Of a stretch of 64,000 nt of DNA, positions 1 to 10,420 are shown in pieces. Origin of the DNA: Candidatus Helarchaeota archaeon (GTDB taxonomy: Archaea > Asgardarchaeota > Lokiarchaeia > Helarchaeales > RDOG01); NCBI GenBank assembly GCA_019058315.1, contig JAHPZH010000008.1, forward strand, positions 144,869-208,868. Reading direction: 5' to 3'. The notes beneath the pieces are model-generated. The model was not told where the DNA came from and made no database searches. It saw only the letters and a program-made list of their open reading frames with translations. The translations under genes and the position numbers were made by a program. The stretch's first letter is position 1. Each line of letters opens with the position of its first letter.

Positions 1-1
1 A

Positions 2-304
2 AATGAATATAAAAAAAGAAGAGATATTTTAAGCAAAGGTCTGGTTGATGTGGGATTTGAAACATTTCCGACTGAAGGAACTTATTATATTGTAGCAGAT
101 ATTACCCCTTTCGGATTCAATGATGATATTAAGTTTTGCGAATTTTTAATAAAAGATATTGGAGTGGCAGCAATCCCTATGAGTGAATTCTACTCAAAAC
201 AATATAAAAGAAAAAATTTAGTTAGATTTTGTTTTTGTAAAAAAATTAAAAACTTGGAAATGGCAAATCAAAGGCTTCAAAAACTAAAAGAGTATGAATC
301 CTGA
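2..304 (+). CDS. PLP-dependent class I/II aminotransferase, C-terminal fragment (5' truncated by window edge)
   Basis: Frame open from nt 2 (NEYKKRRDILSKGL...). Motifs P.GTYY, GVAAIP.SEFY and VRFCFCK are typical of YbdL/kynurenine-aminotransferase-like C-termini. Confidence 0.85.
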   Translation, partial: NEYKKRRDILSKGLVDVGFETFPTEGTYYIVADITPFGFNDDIKFCEFLIKDIGVAAIPMSEFYSKQYKRKNLVRFCFCKKIKNLEMANQRLQKLKEYES

Positions 305-325
305 TAATTTATAAAAATAAAATCT

Positions 326-661
326 CTATTTTTGCCCATTCTCCTTTAATTGACGTCTTAGAACTTTCCCTGTTGCTCCTGTAGGAACTTCATCTAATAT
401 TACAATTTGTCTTGGATATTCATTTTCTGGTAAATGTTCTTTAACCCATTTTAATAGATCTATAGAAGTAATTTTCTCACGTGATTCTTCCTTCAAAGAG
501 ACATAAGCTTTAATTGAGTCTTCCCCATTTTCATCCTTAATTCCAATTACAGCAGCTTGTAAGATATGTTTGTTTTTATATAATTTTTCTTCTATTTCTG
601 CAGGATTTATAGAGTTTCCCTTAAAATTGATCATTTCTACCATTATTCTTTCTCCATTCAT
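326..661 (-). CDS. Stand-alone AMP-binding enzyme C-terminal domain (ANL superfamily small subdomain)
   Basis: MINFKG..INPAEIE, AAVIG..D...GE...AYV and PTGATGKVLRR (A10 lysine motif). No N-terminal adenylation domain; overlaps the upstream gene by 4 nt. Confidence 0.8.
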   Translation of the reverse strand: MNGERIMVEMINFKGNSINPAEIEEKLYKNKHILQAAVIGIKDENGEDSIKAYVSLKEESREKITSIDLLKWVKEHLPENEYPRQIVILDEVPTGATGKVLRRQLKENGQK

Positions 662-1473
662 TCTTTTTTAAATAATAACCACATTGCACCAAGAAAACAA
701 GGTAGGGATATTGCTGTTATTATCATTTCTGCAATAAAAATTGTTATCGCTTGTAAATGAAACAGAATTGCAAATAAATTTAAAGATATATGAATCCCAA
801 CAGCAAAAAGATAATAAATAATATATGGTTTAATAGTAATATCTTTAAAATTAAGCTCGGGAGTGTCGGTTTTAAACCCATAACCAATTATTATTGCGGT
901 TGCAGAATGAAAGAGCACTACAATAAATCGTTCATATAAAACCAGTAAAGGTATTCCAAATAAATTTGCAATAGAAGTATATTGAATCCATGCAAAGAAA
1001 TAATAGAGGATATAAAATTCATATAAAGGTGAGAGTGGAGGAAGTAATATGTACCAAATAATGCTATTTACAAATAAGTTTTGGATATTTATTATTTCAG
1101 CGGGTATTGCTGGAACGAAAGCGAGCATTTCACCTGCTCCAAATCCTAATCCTACAATAAGACCGAAATACATTTTATTTTCTTCATCTGGATTTATTTT
1201 CCTTAAAAGGAGAAAAATGACAATAATTTTCATTCCTTCTTCAACAAAGGCTCCAACTATGAGATTAACCCAATAAAGTGCAGGTAATGGAACGAATGGA
1301 GCATAAACTCCCCGAATTAATCCTACATAAAAGAAAAGAGCACCCATTATAAAAGCAATAAGGAAAAATTTCCATTTTTTATCTTCAAATTTTAATATTT
1401 TGAATATTATTGCAACTCCAAGGGGATATAGTATGCTTATCAACACACCCAATAAAATTCCAATCGAATACAT
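658..1473 (-). CDS. PrsW-family intramembrane glutamic/metalloprotease
   Basis: Multi-TM protein with GAFVEEGMK, GLGFGAGE, ERF...FH and H...N motifs. Confidence 0.75.
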   Translation of the reverse strand: MYSIGILLGVLISILYPLGVAIIFKILKFEDKKWKFFLIAFIMGALFFYVGLIRGVYAPFVPLPALYWVNLIVGAFVEEGMKIIVIFLLLRKINPDEENKMYFGLIVGLGFGAGEMLAFVPAIPAEIINIQNLFVNSIIWYILLPPLSPLYEFYILYYFFAWIQYTSIANLFGIPLLVLYERFIVVLFHSATAIIIGYGFKTDTPELNFKDITIKPYIIYYLFAVGIHISLNLFAILFHLQAITIFIAEMIITAISLPCFLGAMWLLFKKE

Positions 1474-1593
1474 CCTATTACCTTACCAACCATCTTTAAA
1501 ATTCAAATAAGTAATTCATACTAAATAAATAATCTTTGATAATTTTTAAGAATATTTTTTATATGTAAATAATTAATTCAAAATAAATTTAAT

Positions 1594-1953
1594 TTGTCCA
1601 AAAATTTTAGGATGAATAAAATGGTATCAAATAATACAACTATTGGAGCAATACTCATATTTTCTGGATTAGGTTTGTTGTTTTTGTTATGGATCAGTGT
1701 AATTTCACCAAATACTGAAATGCGTACTCTTTGGGTTATAATTACGACAATCTTTTGGATCCAATTACAGGATATTAATCAGATTTTTTGGGTTATATCA
1801 GATGAATTTGAATCTTTTCTATTTGCAGTTTGTATTTTAGCACTTGTTTCCCTCCCTGTAGAAATTTTTGGCTTAAATATTGAAATTTTTGTCTATAGTT
1901 CCATAGTCCTTATTCTTGCTGGAGTTATTGCTGTTATTGTTAGTTCTAAATAA
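1594..1953 (+). CDS. Small multi-TM membrane protein, unknown function
   Basis: 119-aa hydrophobic ORF filling the gap between genes; true start may be the ATG at 1612 or 1621. Confidence 0.55.
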   Translation: MSKNFRMNKMVSNNTTIGAILIFSGLGLLFLLWISVISPNTEMRTLWVIITTIFWIQLQDINQIFWVISDEFESFLFAVCILALVSLPVEIFGLNIEIFVYSSIVLILAGVIAVIVSSK

Positions 1954-1968
1954 TACCTATATTTTTTT

Positions 1969-3672
1969 TTACATAATTTTTTCTCTTACATATACAATTA
2001 ATATAAAGCATATTACTGCTATTATGCCATAAAGACTTACCATTGTAAAAATCTGAGGGTAACCTGCATCAGTTGTTAGACCATAAAGAAAACCCATAGC
2101 GAAATATGCGCTAATTTCTAAAATAAATAAATAATAAGGTTCTATGTATTTTTTATCACGCACTTTTTCTTGTTTTGTATAAATTTCAGTACCAATAATT
2201 TCTTCTAATCCTCTTCCTTTACTCTCAGGAGCTAACATATAAACAGCATAAAGAAGCACGGTTAAAATCATACCCATAAGAGCAAACATAAATTGATATG
2301 ATAGACCTAATCCACCAGCTTTCTCTGCTCCATACATCATAAAGAAAGGCGCTAATATCATAGCCCCTCTACTTATGGATCCCATCCAACCCATTGCGGT
2401 GCTTCGGACATGAGTTGGCATCATCTCTAAAGGAAGAATTGTGAGTCCGGCCATTGATAATATAAGGCTAAACGCACCTAAGGTTCCACCGGCAACAACA
2501 ATACTTATAATAATTGGATTTGTTATATTTCCCTCCACAAAAACAGCAGGACAAGAAAACATCAAACCTCCAATGAAAGTAAGATAAGAGAAACGTCTTA
2601 CACAAGCTATTCTACCCCATCGATCAAGTAGAGGTCCAGCCAGAAGGAATCCTATTCCACCAGCTCCTGCTACAGGTAAAGCCGCCAAACCTATTAATTC
2701 TGGAGACATATTCAATTCTTGGCGGAAATATATTCCAAAAAAGGTAAGTTGAGCAAAATTTATCAAATTTCCGCAAAAACCTCCCACACAACCTAAAATC
2801 ATTCCACGAGCATATTGTTTTTTTAAAGGAGCGAACCAGCCAGTTTTAGGTTTTAGACCTTTTTTCTTTCGCCAATCCTCGTATTTCTTCATAGCAGTAA
2901 ATCGTTTGGTTTCTTTTAAAAGGAAGAATAAAGGGATAAAGAAAATATATCCTACAATAGTAAAGAAAAACAAACTCTGCCAAGTTGTCATATAATTACC
3001 CCAAGGTCCAGGAATAGCTGCTCTAATTCCTAACATTTGAATTGTTGCACATGCTATTCCCCCTATTGCATTTGTCGCAAGGACTATGCCAATCAAACGT
3101 CCTCTTAGATGATCGGGAGCTTCTTCTGCCATAATAATTGTAACAATATCTGCTGAAAGAAAATAATTTGAAAAAATTCGCATAATAACAAAATAAATCA
3201 AGCCATCCGGACCAGGAGGAGAAAATGCCGTTAAAACTGTAAATGTAGTAAAACCTATAGCGGTAATAAGTGTCATAGGACGACGTCCATATTTATCAAC
3301 TAAATATTTAAATGAAATTGCAGCAATCACACCTATTCCAGCAAAACTTAAAACGACCCCCATAATTAGAGGGCTAGCAGAAAGTCCGAAATAGCTAAAC
3401 AAGTCTTGATCCAACAATTGGTTAAAGAAATTAGAAAAATCCTGTCCTTCAAAACTTGACATAGCCAAAGTGATCGCAATTGTGCACCAGCCATCGAAGA
3501 ACGTCACAATCCCAGCAAATATGATAACGAAATAGAGATATTTATTCATTTTTGTAGGAAAACCTTCTTCTGATCTTCTTTTTTCTCTAATTCTCTTGCG
3601 TTCTTCCTTTGGAAGCTTTTTGAATGTCTCAAGGTCTGTGTTTTGTTCTATTTCTTTATCTTTTTTTAGCAG
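1969..3672 (-). CDS. MFS transporter with two extra C-terminal TM helices (probable CTG start at 3672; first ATG at 3549)
   Basis: DKYGRRP and DRWGR loop motifs, EEAP..LRG, EMMPT..RS, PESKG. The frame stays open 41 codons upstream to a CTG preceded by GAGGGAG. Confidence 0.88.
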   Translation of the reverse strand: MLKKDKEIEQNTDLETFKKLPKEERKRIREKRRSEEGFPTKMNKYLYFVIIFAGIVTFFDGWCTIAITLAMSSFEGQDFSNFFNQLLDQDLFSYFGLSASPLIMGVVLSFAGIGVIAAISFKYLVDKYGRRPMTLITAIGFTTFTVLTAFSPPGPDGLIYFVIMRIFSNYFLSADIVTIIMAEEAPDHLRGRLIGIVLATNAIGGIACATIQMLGIRAAIPGPWGNYMTTWQSLFFFTIVGYIFFIPLFFLLKETKRFTAMKKYEDWRKKKGLKPKTGWFAPLKKQYARGMILGCVGGFCGNLINFAQLTFFGIYFRQELNMSPELIGLAALPVAGAGGIGFLLAGPLLDRWGRIACVRRFSYLTFIGGLMFSCPAVFVEGNITNPIIISIVVAGGTLGAFSLILSMAGLTILPLEMMPTHVRSTAMGWMGSISRGAMILAPFFMMYGAEKAGGLGLSYQFMFALMGMILTVLLYAVYMLAPESKGRGLEEIIGTEIYTKQEKVRDKKYIEPYYLFILEISAYFAMGFLYGLTTDAGYPQIFTMVSLYGIIAVICFILIVYVREKIM

Positions 3673-3807
3673 ATTTGCTCCCTCATAATTTTTTATAAAA
3701 TAATTAAATGATTAGTAAATTAAAGAGTTTTTAAAATCATTTGATTATAGGAATTAATTAATTATTTTATTGAAATCTTCTTTATAGGAGAATTTTAAAA
3801 AAATAGA

Positions 3808-4332
3808 ATGAAATCATGGAAATATATAAAGAGCACATATAAAATGGATAATAACCTAAAAAATTTCAGAGATTCCTTTTCTAACCTTGAGAAGGCTATC
3901 CAAACTAAGCATATACTTGAGATTATTAAAGATTTTGAATTTCTACTTGAAAAAATAATCTTAAATGAAAAAATTTCTTGCGAAACTGATTGTTTAATAG
4001 ATATTACTATGTCATCAGAAACCAATCCTGAAAAAATTCGAGTAAATCTTGTAATTCCTGATAAAAAGAATCCTCAAATTCTTATTTTTATAAAATTTAT
4101 AATCGACTATCCAGAAGTCTTGATGAATTATATGATTGAAGTTACGATGATAAGAGAACATTTTGGAAATGATATTAAAATAGTTTATATTTTACATGAT
4201 ACTAATCAAAAATTTTTTGAAGAACCTATTTATCAGACCCTTATTAAGAATATGATAGAACAAAATCAACTTAATGAGCTATTATTTCTACCCAAAGAGT
4301 TTAATAAATTTTTAGATATTATAAAATCCTAG
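3808..4332 (+). CDS. Hypothetical cytoplasmic protein
   Basis: 174-aa ORF with normal composition; no family confidently recognised. Confidence 0.55.
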   Translation: MKSWKYIKSTYKMDNNLKNFRDSFSNLEKAIQTKHILEIIKDFEFLLEKIILNEKISCETDCLIDITMSSETNPEKIRVNLVIPDKKNPQILIFIKFIIDYPEVLMNYMIEVTMIREHFGNDIKIVYILHDTNQKFFEEPIYQTLIKNMIEQNQLNELLFLPKEFNKFLDIIKS

Positions 4333-4448
4333 TTTTATCCAAGTTTTTTTTCAATAAATTTCAAAAATAATGTTAAAAATATTTTTTATAACAATAATCT
4401 CAATATAATAAAATAGCTAAAACTAAATATTATAAAAGGAGACAAATT

Positions 4449-5498
4449 ATGTACGTCGGAAAATTAAGAGCTCAATTGATCTTTACAATTTTTATCATGT
4501 TTCTATTGCCTTTCATTTTTGTATTCGCTCTATTTTATATAAATTCAGAAATTTACGATGTTACATATAAAACCCAAGATTATCTCATTATATTTGGAAT
4601 AGCAGGGGCTTTTGCTGGTTTTCAGCTTCTTCTCTTATATTTCATAGGACCAGCTTCTATTGAACGGCATTACGGGGGACAGATTCAATGGATTAGTAGT
4701 GATTATGACTCCCGGTTATGGGAGATGATACAGGTTAGAGCGAAAGAGGCAGGAGTAGGTTTAACAAAAATTGGAGTCCTTCAAACTGACGAAATTAACG
4801 CATTTGTTTACGGTTATGGAAAGAAAAAAGGGAGATTAGTATTAACACAAGGATTATTGAAACATTTAGATTTCGATGAAGTGGAAGGTGTAGTAGGACA
4901 TGAGCTCGGACATGTTAGACATAGAGATATGTCAATTACATTAATGCTTATTGCAGTACCTCTATTAATTTCAAGCCTCTATAGATTTTCATTCTATACA
5001 AGTGGTCGTGGAAGAAGGGACAGAAACAATACTTGGCTCATCATAGTCATTATAATTTTGTTTTTTGCAACCTATTTTGCTTCAATTTTATTAATGAGAT
5101 ATGTTAGCCGTATCCGAGAGTATTATGCAGATGCTCATTCTGTAGAATTATTAAAGGATCCACGACCCATAGTGCAAGGGCTAGCAAAATTGACATATAA
5201 AAATGCTATTACTGAAGATACAATCATTAAAACTCGAACCAATACCCATGCGTTAATGATTGTTAGTCCTATGGCATCAGCACATCAAGCCGATGAAGCA
5301 CGAAAAACAATAGCAGAAGTCAAGGTTGATTTAGATAAATACGGTGATGTCGGAGGAGCAGATATAGATGAGGAGAAATTGGAGGACGCAATGGAGAAAG
5401 AGCTGAAAGGTGGAGAAAGTATAATGAGAACCCATCCATTAACAGCTAAAAGAATTTTAGGAGCTTTAAAATACGCTGAAGAATTGAAATTAATTTAA
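4449..5498 (+). CDS. htpX: HtpX-family (M48) membrane zinc metalloprotease
   Basis: INAFVYG, GHELGH..HRD, SRIREYYAD and THP...RI motifs; AAAGGAG SD upstream. Confidence 0.92.
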   Translation: MYVGKLRAQLIFTIFIMFLLPFIFVFALFYINSEIYDVTYKTQDYLIIFGIAGAFAGFQLLLLYFIGPASIERHYGGQIQWISSDYDSRLWEMIQVRAKEAGVGLTKIGVLQTDEINAFVYGYGKKKGRLVLTQGLLKHLDFDEVEGVVGHELGHVRHRDMSITLMLIAVPLLISSLYRFSFYTSGRGRRDRNNTWLIIVIIILFFATYFASILLMRYVSRIREYYADAHSVELLKDPRPIVQGLAKLTYKNAITEDTIIKTRTNTHALMIVSPMASAHQADEARKTIAEVKVDLDKYGDVGGADIDEEKLEDAMEKELKGGESIMRTHPLTAKRILGALKYAEELKLI

Positions 5499-5597
5499 CA
5501 TTTTTTTTGATTTTTTTATTTTATCCAAAAATATTTTATTTAAACAAGTTAAAATTACATCTAATATTACATAAATCGCGACTGGACTAAGGAGAAA

Positions 5598-7025
5598 TTG
5601 AGTAACAGGGATGAAAAAAAACTAATCTTGAAAGATTTAGAAGATCAAATAGATAATCTAAGGGGAAAGATTAGAGAAAATATTATCAAGAATGAAGAAC
5701 AAATCAAGGTAATAAACGAAATTGATAAAAATATTGATACAATGAAATCTGAAGTTTTCAAATTATCGGAAAAAGAAGAAGATCAGGCAAAAATAATAGA
5801 TTCTAAAATAAAGGAATATGATTACTTATTGGGTCAAAAAATTGATGAAAATGAGAAACTAAATTCAACAGTAAATGAATTACAAAATAATATAGATACA
5901 AAAGATAAAGAAATCAAGGCATTGGAAAGTGAAATTAGTCTAATGAAAGAAGAATTTTCTAAAGAAATGAATAGAGTAATTACTGATAAAGATGATTTAT
6001 TATCTAAAGCCAAGCTTGTTTATCAAAGCACAGAAAAAGACAAAAGAAATGCAATTCGTCAATTAGAATTAAAATACGAAGAAATTAGGAATAATTATGA
6101 ATCAGAAATTAAGAATCAGGAAAAAGATTGGAAAGAAAAATTACAAGTGCAAAAAAAATCATATGAAAAGAGATTAGGGGAAAAAGAAGACTTCATAAAG
6201 AAAAAAACTAAAGTGTATGAGGATATCATTAAAGATAGAGAATCTAAGATTTCAAAATTTCAGAAAAAAGGAGAAAAAATCGAATCTACAATTGCTGATA
6301 CTAAGCAGGGGTATGATATCACAGAAAAAAATGATTTAGAGATTTCAAAACTAGAGGAAGAAATTTCAAATCTTAAAACCACCTTAATAAAAGACGCAAA
6401 AGTTTATGAAGACATTATTAAAATGAAAGACTCTGAAATCTCAACCTTAATAGAGCAACTTCAAACTGCCCAAGCAACTTCTTCAATTGATGTTAAAGTC
6501 TATGAGGAAGAAATTGAAAATAAGGATTCAGAGCTTTCGAAAATGAGACTTCAGCTTCAAAATATCCAAATTAAATCAGAAAATGATTCAAAATTCTATG
6601 AAGATGTTATAAAAAATAAAGATTATGAAATCTCAAAGCTGAAGTCGCAACTTCAAGACATTCAAGTAAGCATATCAAATTCAAAAGCCTATGAAGATAC
6701 AATTAGCAATAAAGAATCAGAGATCTCCAATTTAAAAGAACAACTTCATAAAAATCAAGCAACTTCAGAGAATAAAACTAACGAGTATTTGAATAAAATT
6801 AAAAATAAAGATTCTGAGATCTCCAAATTAAAAGAAAAAAGTCAAAATATGCAAAAAATCTCAGAAAATGATAAAAAAGTGTTTGAGGAGACTCTTAACG
6901 ATAAAGATTTAGAGATATCAAAATTAAAAGAAGAACTTGAAAAAGTTAAAACCACACTAGAGGAAAAACCTAAAAAGATTAAAAAGAAGAAAAAGAAGAA
7001 AAAAGGAAAAAGAAAGAAAAAATAA
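5598..7025 (+). CDS. Long coiled-coil protein with ~32-aa repeats and a polybasic C-terminal tail
   Basis: E/K-rich heptads, repeated K.YED.I..KD.EISKL unit, ends in KKIKKKKKKKKGKRKKK. TTG start after AAGGAG. Confidence 0.8.
   Translation: MSNRDEKKLILKDLEDQIDNLRGKIRENIIKNEEQIKVINEIDKNIDTMKSEVFKLSEKEEDQAKIIDSKIKEYDYLLGQKIDENEKLNSTVNELQNNIDTKDKEIKALESEISLMKEEFSKEMNRVITDKDDLLSKAKLVYQSTEKDKRNAIRQLELKYEEIRNNYESEIKNQEKDWKEKLQVQKKSYEKRLGEKEDFIKKKTKVYEDIIKDRESKISKFQKKGEKIESTIADTKQGYDITEKNDLEISKLEEEISNLKTTLIKDAKVYEDIIKMKDSEISTLIEQLQTAQATSSIDVKVYEEEIENKDSELSKMRLQLQNIQIKSENDSKFYEDVIKNKDYEISKLKSQLQDIQVSISNSKAYEDTISNKESEISNLKEQLHKNQATSENKTNEYLNKIKNKDSEISKLKEKSQNMQKISENDKKVFEETLNDKDLEISKLKEELEKVKTTLEEKPKKIKKKKKKKKGKRKKK
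6399..6960 (+). repeat. Six degenerate 96-bp (32-aa) coding repeats
   Basis: Units start at 6399, 6495, 6591, 6684, 6780 and 6876. Confidence 0.8.
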
Positions 7026-7117
7026 ATTACAGATAAAATTTCTGCATTCTAAATTGTCAATAGTGTTTTTCATTTAAATTTAATAAAATTTTTAAATTCC
7101 ATTAAAAAATCCTATAT

Positions 7118-8215
7118 ATGGAATTGAATGAAAAAACTCCGAAACCAATAGTTAGAATTAAAGCTATGGATACTGCAAGAGGTATCGCGACTTGGTTATT
7201 GATGCCGGCACATTTTTCTCACTGGTATCTAAAAATTATCCCTAATCCTAGCTGGATGCAATATCTTTTTCGTTCAATTTTAGGTACAGCTTTTCAATAT
7301 GTCTTTGTTACATTACCTGGAATGGCTGTAACATTGCAGTTATATATTAGTAGAAATAGAGGAATTGATGAAAACCAATTAAAGGTTTCCATAATAAAAA
7401 GAGGATTGATATTAATTATCATACAATTTATATGTAATTTCTTCTCATATCAACCATTTTTTACTTTTAATTGGTTTATACTATCTTTTATAGGTTTATC
7501 GATAATACTTTCTTACTTCTTTACAGGTACTTCTGAAAAATTAAGGATTATTCTTATTTTAATAATTATAATTTTATCACCAATTTTGAAATTTATTTTC
7601 TGGAATTTCTATGTATTAACAGCTTTTCTATCAAATGCATGGTCTATTGAGATTTTTCTTAATAAAATGTGTTTTGAAGTAAATTTTCCCTTATTTCCAT
7701 ATCTTGCATTACCTATTTTTGGAACTTTATTTGCAGAAAAAATGATTAAAGCCATAGAAAGTGAGAATCAGATGAAGTTCATAAAAAATTCATTGATTAT
7801 AGGTGGAATATTAATTATGTTTTATATATTTACACTTAATTTTGATTATATTCTAAATTTTCCACATATTGCCTTTTATAGCTTACCTACTCGCCAGGAA
7901 GTACTTTATTCCTTTGGAGTAGTTATGGTTGTTATAGCTTTATTATTTTGGATTCAGGATATTAAGGGAAAGAATTGGAAAATATTTAGACCTTTTGAAA
8001 TTTATGGGGCTATATCTTTGACTGTATTTGTGACACATTTTTATTTATTTCCTCCTCTTTTAGAATTATTGTACGATCCATTACAAAACTTAAGTGAATT
8101 TACTGTTTTTCAAATTTGCTCATTTTTTTGGGCAATATATTGGATCTATGGCGTAATTTGGCGCAGACATCAAAGAAAATATAGTCTAGAATGGGTGCTA
8201 AGACGGTTATCATAA
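7118..8215 (+). CDS. DUF1624 / heparan-alpha-glucosaminide N-acetyltransferase-like membrane acyltransferase
   Basis: RIKAMDTARGIA...M..H, KRGL, FPLFPY, G.ISLT.F.TH and LEW.LRR motifs. Confidence 0.8.
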   Translation: MELNEKTPKPIVRIKAMDTARGIATWLLMPAHFSHWYLKIIPNPSWMQYLFRSILGTAFQYVFVTLPGMAVTLQLYISRNRGIDENQLKVSIIKRGLILIIIQFICNFFSYQPFFTFNWFILSFIGLSIILSYFFTGTSEKLRIILILIIIILSPILKFIFWNFYVLTAFLSNAWSIEIFLNKMCFEVNFPLFPYLALPIFGTLFAEKMIKAIESENQMKFIKNSLIIGGILIMFYIFTLNFDYILNFPHIAFYSLPTRQEVLYSFGVVMVVIALLFWIQDIKGKNWKIFRPFEIYGAISLTVFVTHFYLFPPLLELLYDPLQNLSEFTVFQICSFFWAIYWIYGVIWRRHQRKYSLEWVLRRLS

Positions 8216-8289
8216 GTTAAATTCTAAAAAAAATAAATATTAGATAATTTAATTTTAATGGATTCTGATAATAAATTTCAAAGATCTAT

Positions 8290-9447
8290 TTGGTTATTTT
8301 CTTGAGTACAAAGGCAAATCAATTTAAAACTGAAAAAAAAGGAGTTTCCACTAATAGAGTAAAAGCTCTAGATACAGCAAGAGGTTATGCTACAATTATG
8401 ATGGTAATAGGTCATTATATTCAATGGTACTTGAAATCTATTATCCCAGCGTCATTTATACAAAACATTTCTTCTCCATCAATTATTCATTATATTTTTG
8501 TTCCATTGCTAGGTATTTCAGCGCAAAATCTCTTTGTAACAATACCGGCCATGGGGGTCATCTTCCAGCGAAATTTGTATAAACAAAGAAATATGGATGA
8601 GAATTTATTAAGAAAATCGGTATTGAAAAGAGGGTTATTGTTAATTTTAGTACAATTTTTTTGTAATGTTATTTTTTCAGATCCTGGATATACTTGGGCT
8701 TGGTTTATTCTTTCTTTTATTGGAGTATCAATAATAGTTGTGTATTTTATCTCGAAATATTCACCTTACATAAGAATCATAATTGTAATCGCTATTATTA
8801 TGTTATCTCCATTTCTGAAATATTATTTCTTTTCGGCGTTTCTTTCATTATTTTTTTATAAAAATGCATGGTCTATTGAAATATTTATTTATAAAATGAC
8901 TTTACAAGTGGTTTTTCCTATATTTCCTAGTATAGTTTATCCGATAATTGGAACAATTTATGCAGAAAAAATAATTGAAGCAAAAGAAAATAATACCCAA
9001 TTTGAATTAGTTAGAAACTCGTTAATATGTGGAATTATTCTAATTTCAGCATTTTTCTTATTAGGAAATATTTATGCATTAGTGAATTATCCAGATTTTT
9101 GGCTCAATTTGCCATCAAGAGTCGACGTATTATATGTTTTTGGAACTAATTTGGTTATCTTATCCATTTTCTATTGGATCCAAGATTGGCAGGAAAAGTC
9201 TTTGAAGATTTTTGAGCCATTTAGAGTATTTGGAGCAATTTCCCTTACTGTATTTATAACACACTTTTATTTATTTCCGATATTTTTTGAACGAATTTTA
9301 TACAAAGGAGCACGTCAAAGTACAGATTTATACACAATTATGCAATTTTCATTAGCATTGATTATTTTATATTATATTTATGGGCTTTATATATTACGAA
9401 ATGACAGAAAATATAGTGTTGAATGGTTATTAAGACGTTTTATTTAG
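8290..9447 (+). CDS. DUF1624 / HGSNAT-like membrane acyltransferase, tandem paralogue
   Basis: Same motifs as 7118..8215 (RVKALDTARG, KRGLLL, FPIFP, GAISLTVFITHFYLFP, EWLLRR). Confidence 0.8.
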   Translation: MVIFLSTKANQFKTEKKGVSTNRVKALDTARGYATIMMVIGHYIQWYLKSIIPASFIQNISSPSIIHYIFVPLLGISAQNLFVTIPAMGVIFQRNLYKQRNMDENLLRKSVLKRGLLLILVQFFCNVIFSDPGYTWAWFILSFIGVSIIVVYFISKYSPYIRIIIVIAIIMLSPFLKYYFFSAFLSLFFYKNAWSIEIFIYKMTLQVVFPIFPSIVYPIIGTIYAEKIIEAKENNTQFELVRNSLICGIILISAFFLLGNIYALVNYPDFWLNLPSRVDVLYVFGTNLVILSIFYWIQDWQEKSLKIFEPFRVFGAISLTVFITHFYLFPIFFERILYKGARQSTDLYTIMQFSLALIILYYIYGLYILRNDRKYSVEWLLRRFI

Positions 9448-9685
9448 ATACCACAATTTAAAATTTGATAAAATATTTAGAGTATGTATCGAATTTCATT
9501 ATTAAGTATTTTTTCCTTATTTTGATTCTTTAAAAGTAAATTAACTATGAATTTAAATTATAAGTAATTAAACAATTCTAAAAAATAATATTTTTAAATC
9601 AAGTTAATGTAATTAATTTAAAATTCTCAAAAATTTGAAATTTACAATCAGAACTAATCTTAAGTAAAAACGGAGAGTTTAAACT

Positions 9686-10402
9686 TTGAGTTCTCAAGTA
9701 AAAAATATAATCCAAAATGCTCTGAAAGAAGGAAGAACAGCTTTAATGGAGCATGAATCTAGAGATATTATTCAAGCTTATGGTATTGAAATAGGAAAAT
9801 ATAAAATTGTTAATAGTCCCGATGAGGCTGTCGCTGCTGCCAAAAATATTGGCTATCCTGTAGTCTGTAAGATTGCTAGTCCAGATATCATACACAAAAC
9901 AGATGCTGGTGGCATTAAACTAAATTTAAAAACTGATGATGAAGTTAAAAATGCTTACAATGAAATTTTACAGAATGCTAAAAAATATAAAGCAGATGCA
10001 AAAATTATTGGAATTAACGTTCAAAAAATGACTGAAAAAGGAATAACTGAAGTTATTATTGGTATGACAACAGACCCACAGTTTGGACCAGCATTAATGT
10101 TCGGTTTAGGTGGTATTTTTGTTGAAATTTACAAAGATGTTAGTTTCAGAGTTTGTCCCATTACAGAGTATGATGCTAACGAAATGATAAAAGATATAAA
10201 GGCGTTTCCATTATTAGATGGATTTCGCGGAGCACCTAAAGCAGATATTAAATTTTTAGTCGATGCTTTGATGAAAATTTGTAAGTTATCCCTTGAAGTT
10301 CCAGAAATAGACCAAATAGATCTGAATCCTATTATTGCATTACCAAAAGGCGCAGCGGTAGTAGATGCACGTATTATTTTAAAAGAGCCTAAAAAAGAAT
10401 AA
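9686..10402 (+). CDS. acdB: Acetate/acyl-CoA ligase (ADP-forming) beta subunit
   Basis: ATP-grasp motifs GYPVV.KI.SPDI.HKTDAGG, DPQFGP.LMFGLGG.FVE, DLNP and VDARI. Confidence 0.93.
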   Translation: MSSQVKNIIQNALKEGRTALMEHESRDIIQAYGIEIGKYKIVNSPDEAVAAAKNIGYPVVCKIASPDIIHKTDAGGIKLNLKTDDEVKNAYNEILQNAKKYKADAKIIGINVQKMTEKGITEVIIGMTTDPQFGPALMFGLGGIFVEIYKDVSFRVCPITEYDANEMIKDIKAFPLLDGFRGAPKADIKFLVDALMKICKLSLEVPEIDQIDLNPIIALPKGAAVVDARIILKEPKKE

Positions 10403-10420
10403 ATTTTGGGAGATTAACAT

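Noticed and set aside
3808-4332. PD-(D/E)xK nuclease-like motif (VNLVIPDKKNPQILIFIK)
   Set aside because: Acidic catalytic residues are absent and the similarity is too weak to call.
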